From Eledone cirrhosa (lineage: Eukaryota): 64,000 nucleotides of DNA. Below the pieces are notes generated by a model. That model worked only from the letters and a program-made list of their open reading frames with translations. It did no database searches and had not been told where the DNA came from. The position numbers and the translations under genes were made by a program. Where the stretch lies: positions 32,178,001 to 32,242,000 of the forward strand of contig OZ024759.1 of assembly GCA_964016885.1 (NCBI GenBank), given 5' to 3'. Below, piece by piece: positions 57,444-64,000 of the stretch. The first letter of the stretch is position 1; the number at the start of each line of letters is the position of its first letter.

Positions 57444-57971
57444 GTAAATATCTTTAAGTCGTTTGGAAGCCTCGACAATGCAAATGGGTAAATCTCCGGG
57501 TAACAAGGTCTGGTGGTGGAGAGATAGATGTAAGTGGGTGTACGTTGAGGTGCGTGGTGTGTATAAGATGTGTGAGATGTGTAGAATGAAGGGAAGAGTA
57601 TAAAGGATAAAAATAAAAATAACAACACAAGAGAGAGTTACCTTGGGAGAGATTTAATAGTCCCTATATATTTCGGACTTGTCCGACAGACAACCTTTTC
57701 CCCCACCCCGGAAAAAAACCCAGTTGATGGATGTGAATCTGAAATATATAGGGACTATTAAATCTCTCCCAAGATAACTCTCTCTTGTGTTGTTATTTTT
57801 ATTTTTATCCTTTATACTCTTCCCTTCATTCTACACATCTCACACATCTTATACACACCACGCACCTCAACGTACACCCACTTACATCTATCTCTCCACC
57901 ACCAGACCTTGTTACCCGGAGATTTACCCATTTGCATTGTCGAGGCTTCCAAACGACTTAAAGATATTTAC
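57444..57971. mobile_element. Family G fold-back element with 234-bp near-perfect arms
   Basis: Arms 57444-57677/57738-57971 with a 60-bp spacer. Confidence 0.85.
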
Positions 57972-58015
57972 ATATATTTATATTTATATATTTATATATA
58001 TATATATACACACAG

Positions 58016-58071
<56 letters not shown>

Positions 58072-58604
58072 ATAGTCCAGGCGCATCCCCTGATTGGTTA
58101 CTTACTGGAAGGGAAGAAGATATTGATTTCCAATAAACGAACACACAAGTGAACCCTAAAACTACGGATCAATAATCTACTTACCGATAATATATACATT
58201 TATCTATCGATCTATCGATACTATCCAAGACACCGATAGTACAGTTCATTTGGGAAGTAATAACGCTTTGTAATTTAGGCACACGGCCAGTACATTGAGT
58301 GGTGGGTGGGTGGGTGGTATGGGGGTAGGGTGGGTTAGGATCTGTTGGGTAGGGGTAGGGGTGAAATCAGATTATATCGATCCCAGTTCTCGATTTGGCA
58401 ATTTATTATTGTCAACCTTCTGTATGATGAAATAAAAGGTTGACCTCGGCGGGATTTGAATTTGGAATGTTAAGAGTCGACATAAACACAGCACATCATT
58501 TTATCCGGCGCTCTACCGATTCTGCCAATCCATCAGATGTAATAATATTGTTCAGATGGAGAAACAGAAAGGAAAGCAAAGAGGTGGCTGGTGGTGGGAT
58601 GTGG

Positions 58605-59150
58605 TGGGGTGTGTTGTGGTGGGATGTGGTGGGGTGTGTTGTGGTGTGATATGGTGTGGTGTGGTCTGGTGTAGTATGGTGTAGTGTGATATGGTGTGGT
58701 GTGGTGTGGTATGGTGTAGTATCGTGTAGTATGGTATGGTGTTGTGTAGTATGGTGTAGTATGGTGTGGTGTGATATGGTGTTGTGTAGTATGGTGTAGT
58801 ATGGTGTAGTGTGATATGGTGTGGTGTGGTATGGTGTAGTATCGTGTAGTATGGTATGGTGTTGTGTAGTATGGTGTAGTATGGAGTGGTGTGATATGGT
58901 GTTGTGTAGTATGGTGTAATATCGAGTGGTGTGCTATGATGTGGTGTGGTATGGTGTAGTATGGTGTAGTGTGATATGGTGTAGTGTGATATGGTGTTGT
59001 GTAGTATGGTGTGGTGTGGTGTTCTATGATGTGGTGTGGTCTAGTGTAGTATGTTGTAGTGTGATGTGGTGTTGTGTAGTATGGAGTGGTGTGCTATGAT
59101 ATAGTGTGGTATGGTATAGTATGGTGTAGTGTGATATAGTGTTGTGTATT
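58605..59150. repeat. Degenerate pentamer satellite (GTGTG/GTATG/GTGTA)n
   Basis: 5-bp periodicity. A similar tract lies at 60565-61110. Confidence 0.85.
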
Positions 59151-59199
59151 GCTTTACAAAACACCGGTGAACCAGGAAATTACCAAAAAAACTTTCAAG

Positions 59200-59360
59200 T
59201 AATGAAATATAAACCTCGTAAATATGGCCTGGATTGATTATGCAATAACCTTTGACACCATATCACATTCTTCGATATTGGATACTCTATACCTTACATA
59301 GCAGCCCCATTAATAAGTCCCTATATAAACCATACCATGTAGAAAGTGAAAACATCAATA
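59200..59360 (+). pseudogene. Non-LTR reverse transcriptase fragment
   Basis: From 59224: MAWIDYAITFDTISHSSILDTL, resembling the RT motif 'AWIDYKKAFDSV.H.WI' of RLE-type LINEs. Confidence 0.7.
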
Positions 59361-59524
59361 TCATCTTACATTAAAAGAGTCGGCCATTTTAACCATAGGA
59401 TGAACATTTTCCACAGAAACACTCCGAACAAAATATTAATACCAAAATATTAATAGTTGTAATAAAATTCCTCATTATTGGTATCTTGGAAGTAGCTAGA
59501 TATTCAATACATTATATAGTAGAT

Positions 59525-59712
59525 GTGCGTGGCCTAGTGGTAAGTGTGTTAGATTTACGGTCATAATGATAATGTTGAGGGTTCGATTGCTGGACTGGAT
59601 TGGGTGCGGTGTTCTTGAGCCAAACTTTTCATTTCATGTTGCTCCAGTGTATTCCGCAGAAAATAAGTACCAGCAGTAATTGGGGGTTTAACCCTGCGAT
59701 GGACTGGTGTCC
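59525..59712 (+). mobile_element. Older CORE-type SINE
   Basis: A box TGGCCTAGTGG, B box GGTTCGATTGC, TTCTTGAGCCAAAC core, CCCTGCGATGGACTGGTGTCC tail. Confidence 0.75.
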
Positions 59713-59771
59713 ATGAAATTAACGTGATAGGAGACCAATCAAATGGGGGAGAACGTTCTATCTATCTATCT

Positions 59772-60013
59772 ATCAGCCTGTAGGTTGAGGAAAAAGAGAG
59801 GAAAGGGGTACAAACTCTTCGTACTCCTGGAGATGAGGGTGCACATTTTTTCGGGGGTATGTGTTACCCATATGAAATGTCTCCCCCTATTGGGGAAAAT
59901 CGATTCATTTTTAAATTACATTGGTGATAGAATTTTACACGTTTTTATTGTATGTAAACTTCCCCCTTTGTATTTGTCCCCTTCTTTTGTGCCCCTGTGG
60001 CTAATAAAGAAAC
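59772..60013 (+). mobile_element. Tx1-like LINE 3' UTR stub inside (TATC)n
   Basis: Matches 17416-17666. (TATC)n on both sides. Confidence 0.85.
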
Positions 60014-60148
60014 ATATCTATCTATCTATCTATTTATCTATCTATCTATCTCTCTACCTATCTATCTATATATATATATCTATGTATATATTTATCTATC
60101 TATCTAGTTATTTATCTATTTAGTTGTCTATCTATCTATTTATTTATC

Positions 60149-60206
<58 letters not shown>

Positions 60207-61423
60207 CGCACACACACACAGCGTGTCCAGTAAATAAAACACAGATTACCAGTTGCACTTCTATTCTCACGTTAGTGGTTCTCACCTTAAGAGGTAGTCT
60301 CAAAGAGAATTATGATTGGACACCAGCAGAAATCATAGCCAGAACAGTAAAACATTATCACCGTAAACTGAAAGAAAGGCAGCCATTTTCGTCGATATAT
60401 TTTGATGGAATTGTCCACAGATAGAAGTTGTATCGCATCCGAAAGAAAAAATAACTACAACAGTAAAAATACTAAAATTGTATCGATCTAATAAAATTAC
60501 TCATTATCGATATGTATCAATGCTGAAATTGTCCATGCAATAACATATACTTCTAATGTTAACTTGTGGTGTGGTGTATTGTGATGTGTGCTGTTATGTA
60601 TTATGGTGTGATGCTATGTATTGTTGTGTGGTATGGTGCTGTTGTGTATAGTGGTGTTGGGTGGTGTGGTGCTGTGTGGTGTTGTGTTGTGTATAGTGGT
60701 GTGGTGTGGTGTTGTGTGGTGTATAGTGGTGTGGTGTACTGTAGTGGTGTACTGTACTGTGTGGTGTGATGTGGTGTGGTGTGGTGTGGTGTGATGTATT
60801 ATGATGTGATGTATTGTGGTGTAGTGTGGTGAGATGAGGTGTGATGTGGTGTAGTGTGGTGAGATGAGGTGTGATGTGGTGTAGTGTGGTGTGGTTTATT
60901 GTGGTGTAGTGTGATGTGGTGTGGTGTATTGTGGTGTGGTGTGACGTATTATGATGTCATGTAGTGTGGTGAGGTGTGGTGTATTGTGCTGTAGTGTGGT
61001 GAGGTCAGGTGTTGTGTGGTGTGGTATGGTGTTATGAGGTAGATCTAACATTCACTTCAGTAGTGTATTTTTCTGTGGTGTATTGTTGTGTAGTGTGGTG
61101 TATTGTGGTGCTGATGGTGGTGTTAGTGATGGTGGTGATAGCGGTGATAGTCGTGATGGTGGCGGTGGTGGCGGTGGTTGTGGTGGTGATGGTGATGCTG
61201 GTGATGGTGATAGTCTGGTCTTGGTGGTAAAAATAATGCAAGAATAATGGCCGGAAGCGAAGACAATATCACAACAAATTGAAAATATGACAGCAATTTT
61301 TCCCCAAGAGATGAAACTCACCACAGCCATACTTTATCCCTTAACAACAACAATAAAAACAACAGCAACAACTACAACTACAACACTATCAACAATAGCA
61401 ACAACAGCAACAACAACAACAAT

Positions 61424-61461
<38 letters not shown>

Positions 61462-61616
61462 CGACAACAAAGTATTAAGAGATGTAATGAAATTCTTCAT
61501 TATCAATATCTTGCAAGATTTGACAGAGATGAATGGTACGTTCCTAGATATTGAATAGACTGTGTGTGTATATATGTGTATATATATATATATATAGATA
61601 TATGTATATATTATAC

Positions 61617-61692
<76 letters not shown>

Positions 61693-61743
61693 CTATACAT
61701 ATATAATATATATACATATAGATGTATAGTGTATATATATACA

Positions 61744-62204
61744 TCTATTAATCTGCACTGTATTCTGTATTTTTTCTTTTCTATTTTGTTGTTGTTCAGG
61801 AGAAGGGGGGGGGGGGGTCTAAAGAAAAAATCTCAGCTTGTGGCGTTAAAAAAAATGGCTGATTTTTACAATGTTCTCTTTAACTTTCGGTAATTTTAAT
61901 ATTCATTCACTCCCTGTATGGTATAGTATGGTATAGTATGGTTCATATGATGTCTTGTTAGTGGGACTACTTCGTATATATATATATATAGGAACGAGTA
62001 GGACCCCGACGGCTGAGCTCAAGCCGTTTCGAAGGCTAATTCTGGACTGAATGAACATTTTTCATTCAGTCCAGAATTAGCCGTCGAAACGGCTTGAGCT
62101 CAGCCGTCGGGGTCCTACTCGTTCCTATTACCCACTCTACTACCCTAAATATTGAGTACTTTGGTGCGTTATGGTCCATCTGGTTCCTTACCACATTTGC
62201 TTCG

Positions 62205-62272
<68 letters not shown>

Positions 62273-62383
62273 CGAAGCAAATGTGGTAAGGAACCAGATG
62301 GACCATAACGCACCAAATATATATATATAGATATAAATATAGATATATACAATATACATGTATATGTATAGTGTATATATCTA

Positions 62384-62415
<32 letters not shown>

Positions 62416-62647
62416 CGAAGTAGTCCCACTAACAAGACATCATATGAACCATACTATACCATACTATACCATACAGGGGGTGGACCAATATTAAAATTAC
62501 CGCAAGTTAAAGAGAACATTGTAAAAATCAGCCATTTTTTTTCACGCCACAAGATGAGATTTTTTTCTTTAGAAACTCACCTCCCCCCGCCCCCTTCTCC
62601 TGAACAACAACAAAATAGAAAAGAAAAATACAGTGAAGATTAATAGA
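61744..62647. mobile_element. Inverted repeat pair of about 230 bp enclosing (TA)n and a nested family A element
   Basis: Arms 61744-61974/62416-62647. Nested palindromes at 61988-62128 and 62160-62317. Confidence 0.8.
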
Positions 62648-63138
62648 CATAATAAAATTGCTCATTATCGATATCTCCTCCAGACTCAACAGAGAAGAAC
62701 GAAGTCTGTATAAATGGCAACAATATCTTAAACAGTGGAGAACTAAAGACAGGAGTGGCAGAATTAGTTTTAGTTCCGCTAGCCCAATGGTTAACAACAA
62801 CAATAATAAGAAGAACAACAACAATAACAACAACAACAACAATGACAACAACAACACCAAGAACAACAACAATGACAACAACAACACCAATAACAACAAC
62901 ATCAATAATAACAATGACAACAATGATAATAAGAATAACAACAACAACAATAAAAAACAATGACAATAAGAATAACAACAATAATAACAACAACAATAAC
63001 AATGACAACAACAACAACAATAATAATAATAATAATAGCAGCAATAATAACAACAATAACATCAACAACAATAACAACAATTATAATAACAACAACAACA
63101 ATAACAACAGCAATAACAACAATGATGATAATAATAAT

Positions 63139-63880
63139 AATTGTTTCTACTTTTGGCACAAGGCCAGCAATTATCCACATGTATTACTGGTACTTTATTT
63201 TATCGACCCCCGTAAGGATGAAAGGCAAAGTTAACCTCGGCGGGATTTGAACTCAGACCGTAAAGGGACGTAACTCTTTGCTGGAAAGCATAGCGTCCGA
63301 CCCTCTACCGATACTGCCAATTCACTGCCATAATGATAATCATTATCATGATGACGATGATGATGATGATGAAGATGATGTTCATGATGATGATGATGAT
63401 GATAATGATGATGTTCATGATGATGATGCGTGAGGCTTCACAACTTCGGATTGTTTCCAATCAGCAGAAAGAAGCAACTGAAGCGAATAGTTTAATGGTT
63501 GGCCAGTCGTTTCAACGTCAGAGTATTACGGCCGCCAGTAGCAATCGATGATGACTTGGTAGTTAGTATCTAATATAAGATGTTAGAAGAATGTATTCCA
63601 AGGAAACCGTGCAGAGAGAGAGAACTATTAATTACTTGTATGATCTGATGTAATAATTGTTTCTACTTTTGGATCAAGGCCAGCAATACCCAGTACATTA
63701 CTGGTACTTTATCTTATCGACCCCGTAAGGATGAAAGGCTAAGTCATGTTGTTGTAATCATTATAAGAGTTCAAATCCCGCCGAGATTAACTTTGCCTTT
63801 CATCCTTACGGGGTCGATAAAATAAAGTACCAGTAATACACTTGGGTAATTGCTGGCCTTGTGCCAAAAGTAGAAACAAT
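63139..63880. mobile_element. Three Nin/Deu-domain SINE copies
   Basis: Full minus copy 63139-63329, minus partial 63654-63746, plus partial 63768-63880 (the two partials form an inverted pair). Confidence 0.9.
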
Positions 63881-64000
63881 TGTATTTACTGAGCGAGCTT
63901 CAATAAACATGTAGTAGTCATCGACTAAAGCAGTTGAAATGACAAATCAGTCAATGATATTGATGGCCTCCCCACAGCCCCGGCGGACAGAATGGAGAAG

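Noticed and set aside
57398-58152. Pair of identical ORFs on opposite strands (MLLFLFLSFILFPSF...)
   Set aside because: Trivial result of the 234-bp palindrome, with a non-ATG start and no recognisable domain.

Overview
AT-rich, microsatellite-saturated eukaryotic DNA with one 200-N gap. The SINE repertoire (Nin/Deu-domain and CORE-type tRNA-derived SINEs) resembles an octopod cephalopod genome; this is an inference. I find no intact protein-coding gene. Almost all ORFs in the track are translated simple repeats, and the only recognisable protein fragments are decayed LINE remnants (Tx1/L1-like, RLE-type R4/Dong/Hero-like, RTE-like). The window also holds more than 25 SINE copies or fragments, two Tc1/mariner-type MITEs and several minisatellites. 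The main result is a dense population of short fold-back elements from about 8-10 sequence-unrelated families, mostly embedded in (TA)n. They share one architecture. (i) A minimal type-I hammerhead ribozyme with a palindromic helix III, as known from Penelope-like element pLTRs. (ii) An inverted partial copy, whose turnaround in several copies lies in or next to the ribozyme. (iii) A covarying bulged hairpin, RCTC-stem-loop-stem-TW-GAGY, a few tens of nt downstream on the same strand; the short inverted arm usually ends just upstream of it. I do not recognise this hairpin from the literature. It is the best candidate here for an undescribed cis-acting RNA element. All structures were folded by eye and coordinates were counted manually (expect a few nt of error).
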